64,000 nucleotides of DNA from Nitrososphaerales archaeon (GTDB lineage Archaea > Thermoproteota > Nitrososphaeria > Nitrososphaerales > UBA213), in assembly GCA_046759465.1 (NCBI GenBank), contig JBHICH010000002.1, positions 7,468 to 71,467 of the forward strand, in the 5' to 3' direction. The notes under the pieces are model-generated. The model was not told where the DNA came from and did not search any database. It worked only from the letters and a program-made list of their open reading frames with translations. Positions 9,113 through 19,542 of this stretch are shown here, in pieces. Position 1 is the first letter of the stretch. Every line of letters begins with the position of its first letter. Both the position numbers and the translations under genes were made by a program.

Positions 9113-10084
9113 ATGACCAAGTATGCCAGACGCTTGCAAAGAATAGGAAGTAGCGTTCTCGTCTCGCTTCCAAAGGAGTGGATTACACGCAATAAGCTTG
9201 GCAAGGGCAACATAGTCGTTATCGAAATAGCCAGGGATAACTCAATTTCAGTTAATCCCTCTGGCACTGGACATGAAGAGGTCAAAGAAGCCATTCTATC
9301 TTACCCATCATCATATGCAGAGGGTCTTGTAAACGAAATTACTGGTGCATATTTGCTGGGTTACGACATAATAAAGGTCAAGGGGAACTCGCACATTTCT
9401 TACGACGACAGGGAGATGATCAAGGAAGTAATTGGCAAGATGGTTGGTTTGGAAATAGTTGATGAAGACGCATCTAACATGACAGCACAGTTTTTGCTTG
9501 ACGCATCAACACTCGACCCTGAAAAAATGCTCAAAAGAATGAGCTCGATCGTTTCTGGAATGTACAAGGACACTTTTTCATCACTGACAAGCAAGGATCC
9601 AAATTTACTGAAGATAATTGCAAGGAGAGATGATGAAGTCGATCGCCAGTACTTCTTGCTTGTCAGATTGATCAGAAGTACCATGATGGACCAGAAACTT
9701 GCGAGCAAGTTGACTCTTACCAATATCGACATTCTTGATTATAGGATCGCAGCCAACTTGCTCGAATCTGCTGGCGACGCAACTGTAGAACTTGCAAAAA
9801 CAGTTACATATGTCGATCAGTTCAAGAAAGTTAGCGATCTAATGAAAGCTGGAGAGCTGATAGAAACAATACAAGATGTAGCTGTAAGAGCATTCGCAAA
9901 TAAGAGTAGGAGTGATGCAATCAAGGCTGTAAGGCATTATGCAAAGTTCCACAATTTGCTCGAATCTGCTAAGCAGAACACAGCTGCAAATCTTTTGAAT
10001 GTAATTTATGTGATGGACAAGATTGCTAGATGCTGGGTTGATGTTGCTGATCTCGTTAAGCCCATCTATCCTGCGCTGAGATGA
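9113..10084 (+). CDS. AbrB/SpoVT-domain + PhoU-domain regulator (phosphate uptake regulator-like)
   Basis: N-terminal 'RLQRIGSSVLVSLPKEWI' swapped-hairpin pattern. Two PhoU-like helical repeats, including 'RRDDEVDRQY'. Confidence 0.7.
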   Translation: MTKYARRLQRIGSSVLVSLPKEWITRNKLGKGNIVVIEIARDNSISVNPSGTGHEEVKEAILSYPSSYAEGLVNEITGAYLLGYDIIKVKGNSHISYDDREMIKEVIGKMVGLEIVDEDASNMTAQFLLDASTLDPEKMLKRMSSIVSGMYKDTFSSLTSKDPNLLKIIARRDDEVDRQYFLLVRLIRSTMMDQKLASKLTLTNIDILDYRIAANLLESAGDATVELAKTVTYVDQFKKVSDLMKAGELIETIQDVAVRAFANKSRSDAIKAVRHYAKFHNLLESAKQNTAANLLNVIYVMDKIARCWVDVADLVKPIYPALR

Positions 10085-10196
10085 ACAATAAAACAAAGTC
10101 TACTAGATCGTCTTGCTAAACCGGAAGATGGAACGAACTCCGAAAGAGCCAAAGCCAGACTACGTCATAAAGCAATTGTCCGATCTTACAGAAATT

Positions 10197-12683
10197 TTAT
10201 CCCTTTAATTCTCTTTCAAGTTTGTCGATTCTTTGCACTAATTCAAGGTTCTGTGACTTTAATTTCTCAACCTCCTCCCTCATCTGGGCAACTTCCTTTG
10301 GTGTTCGCATAGCTTCTCTTATTGCCAGTGTACTTTCTTCTGCAATCCTTCTAACTCTCAGATCAATGTCACTCTTAGCTACCCATTCAATTTCTGGTAT
10401 TCCTTTCGGCTCCTGTGCTTCCACAAATGCCTTTATCGCATTTATTCTAACCCTGAACCATGGATCCTTTAACAATTGCTTAAGGTGATGAATTATCTTC
10501 TCGTTATCCTTTGCAAACTTGCCCAGTGCTAAAGTTGCAGCTTCCCTAATCCTATTGTGCTCGCCCAGTTTTGAATGCTCGACCAGAACATGCGTAGCAG
10601 TTTCATCTTTAAGCTCTCCAAATCCAGCTAATGCGTTAGAAGCTATCACTTCATTAAACGATCTTATGCGCAATGCTTTCAGCAGAAGTGCAAAGCTTTC
10701 CTTTGAGGCTGATTTGCCTAATGATACAGCAGACTCGGCCTGCACAAAGTAGCTTTCATCATTTTCCAGTAATGGTTGCAGCAGTGAGACGCTCTCCTTC
10801 TTTTTGAACTCCCCAATAGCTTTAACAACTGCCCTTCTAGCCTTTGGATGGCTTATTTGCAAGGCATCGGTAAGAACTTTGTATGCGTTTTCTGTCTTCA
10901 TGTTCGAGAGTGCCCTTGCAGATTCAGCAGAAACCCCCCAGAAAGAATCGTTCATCATTACTTCCTTTAACGCAAAAACCACATCATCAGAGCTGAAGTT
11001 TGACAGCGCCTTTGCTGCATAGATTCGCTCGACCATGTTTCCATTCCTCAACTGTTCCATTAACATCTGTTTAGATGCTTTTAGGTCCATCCTCTTAAGC
11101 AACTTATTCTCTGGATCGATGCTGAACCAAACTGGCTCAGAATCTAATGGGATCTGCAGTGTTTGATCTTTTGAATCAATATTGAACCTGAGCTGTTTCT
11201 TTCCCTGAGCAGTTATTATATTAACATCAAGCGAGAAATGATATACTGGTGTTTCATCTTCAGTATTTTGCATTTGTGTGAGCTTTATTGTTGATATTTT
11301 AGATGTGTGATCATAATTAAACTCAATTTTGAGCTCTGGATGCCCTATTTTGAACAACCACTGTTCAAAGAACTGTTGTAGACTCAAGCCGGAAGCTTCT
11401 TCAACACATTTTCTGAAATCATCTGTTTCCGCATTCTTGTTGCTGAACCTTTCAACATAAAGCTTCACAGCCCTTCTGAACAAGTTATCTCCTACGAAAT
11501 TTCTGAGCATGTGCAGAACGTATGCACCCTTTTCGTAAGTATGCCTGTCAAAGAGATCGTCTGGGTGCTTGTAGACATTGGTAACTATTGGTCTCTTGTA
11601 CCGTTTTGATACCTCTTCAAAGTACTCTTCAGCAAGTTGCATAATGTAATAGTTGAACTCATCCTCTCCCTTGCTGTTCAACCAGTATAGTGCTTCAAAG
11701 TACGTTGCAAACGATTCGTTGAGCCATAGGTGTTGCCAGTCCCTGCAAGTAACAAGATCTCCAAACCACTGATGTGCAAGTTCATGAGACACTAGATGTT
11801 CACTCGTAAAATCCAAATGCGCTTTTTTGTCATGCAGTGTATCCATCGTTAATGTAGTTGCGCTTACATTCTCCATTCCTCCATAAACAAAATCGTCAAC
11901 AGTTGTCTGTGCGTACTTGTCGAATGGATATTTTATGCCAATATACTCTTCAAAAAACTTCATCATGTTTATCGTATTTGAAAACGAAAGCGGTGCCTTA
12001 TCCACCTTATCGTCTGGAACATAATAAAGAAGGTCAACACCATCGTAGCTCTCCTTTATCTCTTCATACCTGCCAATTACCAAAGATTTCAAATACGCAG
12101 GATGTGGATGCTCTTCGACCCAATGATACCTTGCAACACCATCTTTTGTAATATCGAGAAGTTTGCCATTTGATATTACAACAAAATCCCTAGACACTTC
12201 AACAATCATTTCACTTGTAAATTTCATGTCTGGATGGTCAAAGCACGGAAACCAGTACTTCGATTCTCTTGCTTCACCTTGTGTCCATGCCTGCACATGT
12301 TTGTTTGGATAATTCTTATCTGGCTTCACAAAGTAGAAGCCTCTTCTTGGCTTTGCATCATAATTAATTGAAATGCTGACCTGTTCATTTTCATTTGCTG
12401 GTGTTGGAAGCTCAATTCGCAACTTGTCTTCGAGAACCTTGAAGCGTAAATCCTTACCATTTACCTGCACCGATCGGATGTTGAGCTCTGCAGCATCCAA
12501 AAAAATATTATCTAAATTATCCTTAATAACGTTAATCTCAAGAGTCTCCTTGCACTCTATGCTCTTTTCATCAAAGTCTGGCTTGATCTCAAGTTTCAAA
12601 TGCTTGATTGTAAACTGCTTTGCAGGGGGATAGTTCGCTTTGCTACCAGCTAGCTCGAACTTCTTGCTGGCTTGTGTAGACAT
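10197..12683 (-). CDS. M1-family aminopeptidase (aminopeptidase N / tricorn-interacting-factor-like) with C-terminal HEAT-like repeats
   Basis: 'GGMEN', 'HELAHQWFGDLVT', 'WLNESFATY'. 828 aa. Terminal coiled-coil tail. Confidence 0.9.
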   Translation of the reverse strand: MSTQASKKFELAGSKANYPPAKQFTIKHLKLEIKPDFDEKSIECKETLEINVIKDNLDNIFLDAAELNIRSVQVNGKDLRFKVLEDKLRIELPTPANENEQVSISINYDAKPRRGFYFVKPDKNYPNKHVQAWTQGEARESKYWFPCFDHPDMKFTSEMIVEVSRDFVVISNGKLLDITKDGVARYHWVEEHPHPAYLKSLVIGRYEEIKESYDGVDLLYYVPDDKVDKAPLSFSNTINMMKFFEEYIGIKYPFDKYAQTTVDDFVYGGMENVSATTLTMDTLHDKKAHLDFTSEHLVSHELAHQWFGDLVTCRDWQHLWLNESFATYFEALYWLNSKGEDEFNYYIMQLAEEYFEEVSKRYKRPIVTNVYKHPDDLFDRHTYEKGAYVLHMLRNFVGDNLFRRAVKLYVERFSNKNAETDDFRKCVEEASGLSLQQFFEQWLFKIGHPELKIEFNYDHTSKISTIKLTQMQNTEDETPVYHFSLDVNIITAQGKKQLRFNIDSKDQTLQIPLDSEPVWFSIDPENKLLKRMDLKASKQMLMEQLRNGNMVERIYAAKALSNFSSDDVVFALKEVMMNDSFWGVSAESARALSNMKTENAYKVLTDALQISHPKARRAVVKAIGEFKKKESVSLLQPLLENDESYFVQAESAVSLGKSASKESFALLLKALRIRSFNEVIASNALAGFGELKDETATHVLVEHSKLGEHNRIREAATLALGKFAKDNEKIIHHLKQLLKDPWFRVRINAIKAFVEAQEPKGIPEIEWVAKSDIDLRVRRIAEESTLAIREAMRTPKEVAQMREEVEKLKSQNLELVQRIDKLERELKG

Positions 12684-12820
12684 AATGCAGATTTCCCATT
12701 CAATGTATAATAAATATTTGCAAAATAATAGTTTGACGAGGCTTCAGTCGAGATGCATCTCTTCATATCCTGATATCCTAGGATCAGTATAGGGTAGTCT
12801 AATTAACAAATCATGCTAAC

Positions 12821-12845
12821 GCAAAAGTTGCAATTTAACTTTTGC
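12821..12845 (-). terminator. Perfect 9-bp stem / 7-nt loop hairpin immediately 3' of the Nudix gene
   Basis: gcaaaagtt-gcaattt-aacttttgc. Begins 4 nt after the Nudix stop at 12849 in the minus-strand sense. Confidence 0.3.
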
Positions 12846-12848
12846 TAA

Positions 12849-13364
12849 TCAGCTTTTTAGGATTGAATCGTATGTTAGCACAGCACATATCGTCTTTGCA
12901 TCTTCAATTTCGCCATTAAGAATCATCTTTATGGCGTCTTTAACTCTTACATTCACAATTGATATCTGTTCGTCTTCATCCATTCCACGACGACCTTCCT
13001 TCCTCAAATCTGTTGCCACAAAGATGTGTATTATTTCATTGCAGTAGCCAGGACTCATGTAGCATTTTGCAAGTGGCCTGAGGTTTGCTGCTCTGTATCC
13101 AGTCTCTTCGATCAATTCTCTTACTGCACAGTCTTCAGGCCGCTCTCCCTTTTCTAGCGTTCCAGCAGGGATCTCGAAAAGTTCCTTGCTAATTGCATGT
13201 CTGTACTGCTTTTCCATTATTATACTATCACCAATCAATGGCAGTATTGCAGCTGAACCATTATGCTCAACAAACTCTCTAATAGCTGGCTTCCCTTTGA
13301 TTGAGATTGTATCAACTCTAACACAGATTACCTTTCCCTTGTACACCTCCTTGCTTCCTATCAC
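12849..13364 (-). CDS. Nudix hydrolase (ADP-ribose pyrophosphatase-like)
   Basis: Nudix box 'GTLEKGERPEDCAVRELIEETG'. Confidence 0.85.
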   Translation of the reverse strand: MIGSKEVYKGKVICVRVDTISIKGKPAIREFVEHNGSAAILPLIGDSIIMEKQYRHAISKELFEIPAGTLEKGERPEDCAVRELIEETGYRAANLRPLAKCYMSPGYCNEIIHIFVATDLRKEGRRGMDEDEQISIVNVRVKDAIKMILNGEIEDAKTICAVLTYDSILKS

Positions 13365-13418
13365 ACCGACCGATCTTGTGGCACTACGCTTAAACGTATC
13401 TTTTGACGCACGAAGTGT

Positions 13419-13838
13419 ATGACTGTAATAACAAAAATGATGCGAATAAAAACTAAGGGAGAGCTGCAGATGATAAACATAACCGAAGAGGTATCAAGAG
13501 TTGTGGAGGACAGCAAAATTAAGGATGGGATTGCTACGGTATTTGTGCCAGGTTCTACGGCTGCAGTAACAACCATAGAATACGAGCCAGGACTGCTCAA
13601 GGACTTTCCAATCATGCTGGAACGAGTCGCTCCAAAGAATAGTGATTATGAACACGAGAACATGTGGCATGATGGAAATGGGCATTCACATGTTAGAGCA
13701 TCACTGGTAGGTCCATCGTTGATGGTGCCATTTACAAACAAGCAGTTGACACTTGGCACTTGGCAACAAATTGTACTTGTTGAGCTTGATATAAGAAGCA
13801 GGGACAGAAACTTGGTTGTTCAGGTGATAGGAGAATAA
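13419..13838 (+). CDS. YjbQ/UPF0047 family protein (secondary thiamine-phosphate synthase-like)
   Basis: 'GSTAAVTTIEYEPG' and 'GHSHVRASLVGPS'. The true start may be one of the Met residues a few codons downstream. Confidence 0.75.
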   Translation: MTVITKMMRIKTKGELQMINITEEVSRVVEDSKIKDGIATVFVPGSTAAVTTIEYEPGLLKDFPIMLERVAPKNSDYEHENMWHDGNGHSHVRASLVGPSLMVPFTNKQLTLGTWQQIVLVELDIRSRDRNLVVQVIGE

Positions 13839-13904
13839 ATCTAAAATGTTAGCTCTCACGGAAAGAAGTAAGGTTATATTGTATCTTGCCTAATGTGATA
13901 CAAT

Positions 13905-14303
13905 ATGGATGATAGAGAGATCGAAGTTCCAAAGTCCGTGCGCCCTATAATGCTTGATGATGCCGAAGAAACGCATCTGGGTGAAAAGAAGGGTGCAAAG
14001 AAACAGTATCGTTATGGCAATTTGCATATTAGAGAGTATGATGATAAGTATGTGGTTCATGTAGACAACGTAGATCCAAGAAAGGATCCGCTTGGTCACT
14101 TGCTAAAGGATTCACCAGAAACTCTTTTTGCAATTGCCTCTAGTATTTACTTCGGCAAAAAAGTTGGAAATGAAGTTTTCAATAAAAGGAAGGAAAAATC
14201 GAAATATGCTCTGCTTGAAAGTTTGCTCTTCGGCTCGCTTGCATCATTAACTGCGGGTTACCTTGGCTACAAATTTGGCAAACAGGTAAGGAAAACACTG
14301 TAA
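13905..14303 (+). CDS. Hypothetical protein with C-terminal hydrophobic segment, 2 nt upstream of ubiB-like gene
   Basis: 132-aa ORF with protein-like composition. Tight coupling to the next gene. Confidence 0.5.
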   Translation: MDDREIEVPKSVRPIMLDDAEETHLGEKKGAKKQYRYGNLHIREYDDKYVVHVDNVDPRKDPLGHLLKDSPETLFAIASSIYFGKKVGNEVFNKRKEKSKYALLESLLFGSLASLTAGYLGYKFGKQVRKTL

Positions 14304-14305
14304 AA

Positions 14306-15871
14306 GTGAGGCAAATGGCGTCAAATGAGAGGGGCAGGGCCATCAAGGTTGCGATCAGATTATTACCTGTAGCTGTTAGATTCAAAAGGGACAGAAAGGA
14401 ATGGGCCAGAAAAGAAGGAAAGAACATCAACGAAGAAAAGTTCAGAAAACATGCAAGGAAGGCCGTTAACACTTTCATAAAACTTGGTCCATCTTTTGTA
14501 AAGTTGGGACAATGGTTATCAACAAGAGCAGATCTTTTGCCAGAGACATATCTTATTGAATTTGCAAAATTGCAAGATGATGTCCCTCCAGCAGCATATG
14601 AGCAGGTCAAGGAGACTATTGAAGAAGAACTTGGACCTATAGAGCAGGTATTCGATTACTTTGACAGGAACTGCATATCTGGTGCGAGCCTCGGTCAGGT
14701 TTATCGAGCTAGATGGGATGGCAGGGAAGTTATCGTTAAGGTGAATAGACCTAAGATACACGATATAGTCGCCAAGGATATTGCTGCTTTAAAGCAACTT
14801 TTGCCACTTGCAATACGCTTTGTTGATCGCAACATAGCTTTTTCAGCAGAGTCGATGTTTGCCCAGTTCATAGAGACTATTTACGAGGAAATGGATTACA
14901 AGATCGAGGCTCAAAATCTGATTAGAATAAAGAAAAACCTTGCTGGTGAGAGGAATGTTATAATTCCAAATGTCATTCCTGAAAAGAGCACAGAGAGGGT
15001 TCTCACCCTCGAATATATTCCAGGAATAAAGGTAACAGATGTCAAATCGTTAGACGAGGCTGGGATAGACAGGACAAAAGTTGTGATCAGAGTTCACAGA
15101 CTATTCTTCAAGATGCTCTTGAGACACGATATATTCCACGCTGATCCACATCCGGGGAATATTTCGGTGACAAATGATGGTGCACTTATCCTTTATGACT
15201 TCGGCATGGTTGGCAAGCTCGATAACGAAACCAGACTAAAATTAGTTAGACTGTATCTGTCGCTTGTAGAAAAGGAGCCTGTTAGAACTGTTAATGTTTT
15301 TTACGACCTTGGATGCTTATCGCCAAACGCAAATCGCTATGTGGTTGAAAAAGGCATTGCATTGGCAATTCAGGACATGCACGGCAAAAAGGTTGACGAG
15401 ATGGAGGTAAAGGCATTGATTGAGCTTGCAAACAAGACAATGACAAAATTTCCATTCAGACTTCCAAAGCATCTTGCGTTGTATATGAGGATGGCGTCAA
15501 TCCTAGAGGGGATCTACTTTACACACAGAATTAATTTTTCTTTCGTGAAGGTCTTGAAGTCGTTGCTTGAAGAGGAAGGTTTGATGAAGGAAGCTTATAT
15601 TGAGGAGATGAAGGACACATTCAACAGGTTTACAAAAGCGCTTAACGATTCGATCACAGTTGCTCCACTGCTCAAGTCATATCTGGAGAATACAAACACA
15701 ATGAACGGAAGGACAAGTAAGCACTCACTTATTGCTGGTAGTGTTTTGTCATCGTCCGTAATAATTGGCTCCTCAATAATAATGCAATCAAATCCATTGC
15801 TCGGGCAGATGGGATTGATTGCATCAGCTGCAATTATGGGCGCGTCAATGATAATGAATCGAAGGCGTTGA
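14306..15871 (+). CDS. ABC1/UbiB-family atypical protein kinase
   Basis: 'ASLGQVYRA', 'HADPHPGNI', 'LYDFGMVG'. C-terminal transmembrane helices. Confidence 0.85.
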   Translation: MRQMASNERGRAIKVAIRLLPVAVRFKRDRKEWARKEGKNINEEKFRKHARKAVNTFIKLGPSFVKLGQWLSTRADLLPETYLIEFAKLQDDVPPAAYEQVKETIEEELGPIEQVFDYFDRNCISGASLGQVYRARWDGREVIVKVNRPKIHDIVAKDIAALKQLLPLAIRFVDRNIAFSAESMFAQFIETIYEEMDYKIEAQNLIRIKKNLAGERNVIIPNVIPEKSTERVLTLEYIPGIKVTDVKSLDEAGIDRTKVVIRVHRLFFKMLLRHDIFHADPHPGNISVTNDGALILYDFGMVGKLDNETRLKLVRLYLSLVEKEPVRTVNVFYDLGCLSPNANRYVVEKGIALAIQDMHGKKVDEMEVKALIELANKTMTKFPFRLPKHLALYMRMASILEGIYFTHRINFSFVKVLKSLLEEEGLMKEAYIEEMKDTFNRFTKALNDSITVAPLLKSYLENTNTMNGRTSKHSLIAGSVLSSSVIIGSSIIMQSNPLLGQMGLIASAAIMGASMIMNRRR

Positions 15872-16258
15872 CTATTCTATTTTTATTACACCAACGCCTG
15901 TTATTGGAATTCTGATCTCAAGAACTCCGTGCTTGTATATTGCCTTTCCTACAGCTTCTTCTCCTTCTTTTATCTTGATTGGTAGATGTATCTTTTTTTG
16001 AACCTGTAACGGTCTCTGCTCCCAGTAAGAAACACCAGCATGCTCAACTGGTTCCCTGGACGCACTTATTGTTAGAACATTATCACTTATCCTCAAGTTT
16101 ATGTCGCTCTTCTCAAATCCTGGCATATCGGCCCGTACCACAAGCTCGTCTCCATCCTCAACAATGTCCACTGGGGGCATGACAAACTCAAAAAACTCTC
16201 TTGACTTCTTCCCCATTTCCCTGATTAGTTCACGAGCCATATACCGCCCTAATCCCAT
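15872..16258 (-). CDS. Small heat-shock protein (Hsp20 / alpha-crystallin domain)
   Basis: 'DELVVRADMPGFEKSDINLRISDNVLTISA...HGVLEIRIP'. Confidence 0.9.
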   Translation of the reverse strand: MGLGRYMARELIREMGKKSREFFEFVMPPVDIVEDGDELVVRADMPGFEKSDINLRISDNVLTISASREPVEHAGVSYWEQRPLQVQKKIHLPIKIKEGEEAVGKAIYKHGVLEIRIPITGVGVIKIE

Positions 16259-16889
16259 GTGAACTATTTTAGTCTTTTTTGCGATATAAGTTTTTTATCT
16301 TCTAAACTACTTTGGTATAAATAACAGGTTCATTTTTCATAGATCGATAAATGGCAACTTTGTTCCAGCATTAATCTGCTTTCATGCTATAAGTAAATGA
16401 TCTTAAGTAGTGCAAATTTTTCATGTGAGTTTCACTTCTTTAGACTTCTTGTGTAAAGCATGTAAAATGTTAAATGCTTTGGAAACTAACTGATCTTATG
16501 CTGGCAAAGGGATGGGATAGGGAAAGGATAGATTCAAGTACCGTTGTTGATAGAAACAGATGATAGACCCATAACTAAAGGTAGGAATCAGATAGTTCGT
16601 TGATAATCGATAACAGAGCTTCAGGTTTAGCGTGGACGGCATTTGATGAAGATCATAATATTCTTGCATCAGGAGCAATGATTCCAAGATAATTGAGTTT
16701 ACTACAACATGAATTTCAGATACATATTCTAGAGATCAAAAATGACTAAATTAAATGCATTTACAGACAAAAATTATGCGTTGTAGCTTACTAAGTCCAA
16801 ATCAAATCCCTGAATTCCTCTAAAGATTTTTCTCAAATTAATTTGTATTTTAGAAATAGATTGTTGCTCCGCAACACTTATTATCTTAA

Positions 16890-17150
16890 ATGAGTGTTGG
16901 TGGTTCTAATATGAAGAATTTGAATATTAAACAGGAACATCGAGCTGCAAAACATGATTCGAATATTATTTTAGAGAACTCACTGACAGTAAGAACCAAT
17001 AAAAGTAACCGAATCGATAATCTTAAGACCGGCAATCTTTGCCATCATGCAAATATTGTATGGGATACGGATGGTTACGGCAATACAGTTGTGTACTGCG
17101 GCGATTGCCACGAAATCATTTATGATGGTGAAAAGTTGCTGATAACATAA
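16890..17150 (+). CDS. Hypothetical small Cys/His-containing protein
   Basis: 86-aa ORF with 'LCHH...YCGDCHEII'. No recognisable family. Confidence 0.3.
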   Translation: MSVGGSNMKNLNIKQEHRAAKHDSNIILENSLTVRTNKSNRIDNLKTGNLCHHANIVWDTDGYGNTVVYCGDCHEIIYDGEKLLIT

Positions 17151-17223
17151 CGCAGAAATGCTCCTTAACCACGATAAGTGGTAAAAAAGAAAGGAGTAAA
17201 CGTAGCTGTTGGTTGTAAAATAT

Positions 17224-17394
17224 CTATTTCTTAATTGCTGCCCTTGCCTTGGCTGCAAGATCTGCTGGAACCTGGTCCATATTATGAACCATCTTTGCAT
17301 GAATGGCAGCCATCTGCATAATCTCTTCCTCTGATGAAGCGCCCTTTATCTCGAAATCACAGTCTACACCGACATCTCTACACTTTAACTCCAT
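17224..17394 (-). CDS. DUF1059-like small metal-binding protein (56 aa, below ORF-track cutoff)
   Basis: Hand translation: MELKCRDVGVDCDFEIKGASSEEEIMQMAAIHAKMVHNMDQVPADLAAKARAAIKK. It shows the typical 'C.D.G.DC.F......EE....H....H' pattern. Confidence 0.6.
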   Translation of the reverse strand: MELKCRDVGVDCDFEIKGASSEEEIMQMAAIHAKMVHNMDQVPADLAAKARAAIKK

Positions 17395-17582
17395 ATCTAT
17401 TACCTAGATGATGAAAAACATCCATAATAATAAACATTTAACTTCTCACCTTTGACACGATTGATAGTAAAGCTCGAGCCTTATCCAATTGTGGTTGAGA
17501 TCAAATTTAACTTTGCTTGATCTAACTTAGAATGGCCAAGGTTATTCAAGTTGCTCTGTCAATGTCAAAGCCCAGCTAATTA

Positions 17583-17762
17583 TCACCTCAGCCACGGCTC
17601 GCGGCGCTCAATAGGAGCAAAGTGACTCTTCTTTCGCGCACCACACCTTCTCCTTGCTTTATGTTTCTTCAAGTTTCTTACAAACTTGCCACACACATCA
17701 CAAATGGGCATGAAATTACGGGACAATTGAGGACATTTAACGCTTGTGATCCCCTCTAGCAT
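17583..17762 (-). CDS. Hypothetical basic Cys-rich protein (59 aa)
   Basis: Hand translation: MLEGITSVKCPQLSRNFMPICDVCGKFVRNLKKHKARRRCGARKKSHFAPIERREPWLR. Confidence 0.3.
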   Translation of the reverse strand: MLEGITSVKCPQLSRNFMPICDVCGKFVRNLKKHKARRRCGARKKSHFAPIERREPWLR

Positions 17763-17974
17763 TGCACTGGATATTCTTGATCTTAATCTTTGCTAATTCA
17801 GGCTCTGTAATTTTACACACTCAAGGCAGTTAAGCTCGCTTGGAGTTAGATCGTTTGGAATATACAGATTACTACTAATGGCTGGCAGAAGTAGTATGAC
17901 AACTAGTACTGATGGTGCGAAAACATACAACCAAAGCACCAAAGTTGAATAATATCATCATCGATAGGCATTCC

Positions 17975-18508
17975 TTATGGTAGTAGATTGGCCAAAATAG
18001 TCTCCGATGCGAATGTTATAGAGACTGAGCTTATTATGGACCCCACAAGTACAACTACAAGAACCTTCCATTTGACGCCTAACATTCTTCCTATGACTGA
18101 AGCAGTAGCGGCCCCTGTGCCCTGGAATGGGATGATCATAAATAAAGTTAGTCCGATCCACCAGACATTACCTACCCATTTCTTGCCCACTATTTTCTTT
18201 GCCTTACTCTCTACCCTGTTTAAGGCCTTTGCCAAGTAAGGTACTTTCTTTATGAGATCATAATTCCAATATACAAATAATCCAGCAAGGAAATCTATGA
18301 TAATTATACTGGTAAGAAGTAATATTGGATCGATTCCAACGGATATTCCAAGTGGTATAATTGACTCCTTACCGAGTGGTGGGATTACATAGCCTGTAAG
18401 AAGAGACCATAACTTTTCTGCATGTTCATAGCCGAGTATCGCAGGTATATATAAATACAATCCTCCTATTACTGGAGGTAAAATGACCTTGAAGTGTTTG
18501 AATTCCAA
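17975..18508 (-). CDS. Integral membrane protein (4-5 TM helices), family uncertain
   Basis: 177 aa, strongly hydrophobic with regularly spaced helices. Confidence 0.6.
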   Translation of the reverse strand: MEFKHFKVILPPVIGGLYLYIPAILGYEHAEKLWSLLTGYVIPPLGKESIIPLGISVGIDPILLLTSIIIIDFLAGLFVYWNYDLIKKVPYLAKALNRVESKAKKIVGKKWVGNVWWIGLTLFMIIPFQGTGAATASVIGRMLGVKWKVLVVVLVGSIISSVSITFASETILANLLP

Positions 18509-18702
18509 CTCATTTCAACTCATTCCATCACAATCTTTAATTTAAAACTTATCGAGCCAGATATGATTCAATTCTTTAAAGCTAAAGCCAAAGAACAGAT
18601 GTTGTAATATGGCAGTATTCTATTTGACCGAGAAAGCTAAGCATTTAAACATATCACCTTTAAGATTGTGGATAATTTTTACTTATCACTGCTGACTCTA
18701 TA

Positions 18703-19491
18703 ATGTTCGATTACCAAAATCATTCTACCTTTTCCGACGGAGATGGCACAATTATCGAGATTTGTCAAGCAGCTGATGAAAGAAAGTTAAGAGAAATTTG
18801 CATTACTGACCACATAATATTGTTGAAAGGTTGGCCTTACAACATCAAAAATATTGATGCATATTTCAGAGCTATTGAAGAGGCCCAGGCTAACGTGAAA
18901 GTTAAAGTAAGAATTGGAGCCGAAATAGATTATTTCGAGGATAAAGAAAGGCAAATCGAAGAAATATTAAATGATTATGCTTTTGATTATATTCTAGGTT
19001 CTACACATTTCCTCGGTCCAGAAAATCTTGAACTTAACCATTGTGCTATTTACAAGAACAAATCACAGATAGAGACCTACAGAATATATTTTGCTAAATG
19101 GGAAAAAGCGGTAAGCAGTCAGCTATTTGATGCCATGGCCCATCCTGATTATGTTAGAAGGTGGGCAGTGCCATTCTATGGTAGCGAACTTGAATTTTCA
19201 AAATATAAAGAATTAGTTGAAAATACATGTCATTTCATTGCCGATAACGATTTAGGAATAGATGTAAATTGTTCCGGTTTTAGACATAATTTAAAGAGCA
19301 CATATCCGTCAAAAGATTTCTTGGAATTGTGCAAAAAAATAGGGGTGAAAAACTTTGTGCCTAGTTCTGATTCACATACACCCCCAGATGTTGGATCGAA
19401 TTTGGAGAAAGGTATGGAAATTTTAAAGCGTGTTGGAATAGATGAAATAACTACCTTTGGCAAAAGGAAACCCACCTATCATTATATATAA
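18703..19491 (+). CDS. PHP-domain phosphoesterase (HisJ-type histidinol-phosphatase-like)
   Basis: 'DYQNHSTFSDGDG', 'ITDH', 'GSTHF', 'AHPD' metal-ligand pattern. Confidence 0.75.
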   Translation: MFDYQNHSTFSDGDGTIIEICQAADERKLREICITDHIILLKGWPYNIKNIDAYFRAIEEAQANVKVKVRIGAEIDYFEDKERQIEEILNDYAFDYILGSTHFLGPENLELNHCAIYKNKSQIETYRIYFAKWEKAVSSQLFDAMAHPDYVRRWAVPFYGSELEFSKYKELVENTCHFIADNDLGIDVNCSGFRHNLKSTYPSKDFLELCKKIGVKNFVPSSDSHTPPDVGSNLEKGMEILKRVGIDEITTFGKRKPTYHYI

Positions 19492-19542
19492 AAAGTATCT
19501 TTCAGGAGAGAAGATAGGTATAGAGCAATGGATGCAAGATAG

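Noticed and set aside
17405-17470. C/D-box sRNA suggested by 'GATGATGA' at 17407-17414.
   Set aside because: No CTGA D or D' boxes lie at the expected 12-nt guide spacing downstream, and there is no terminal stem.
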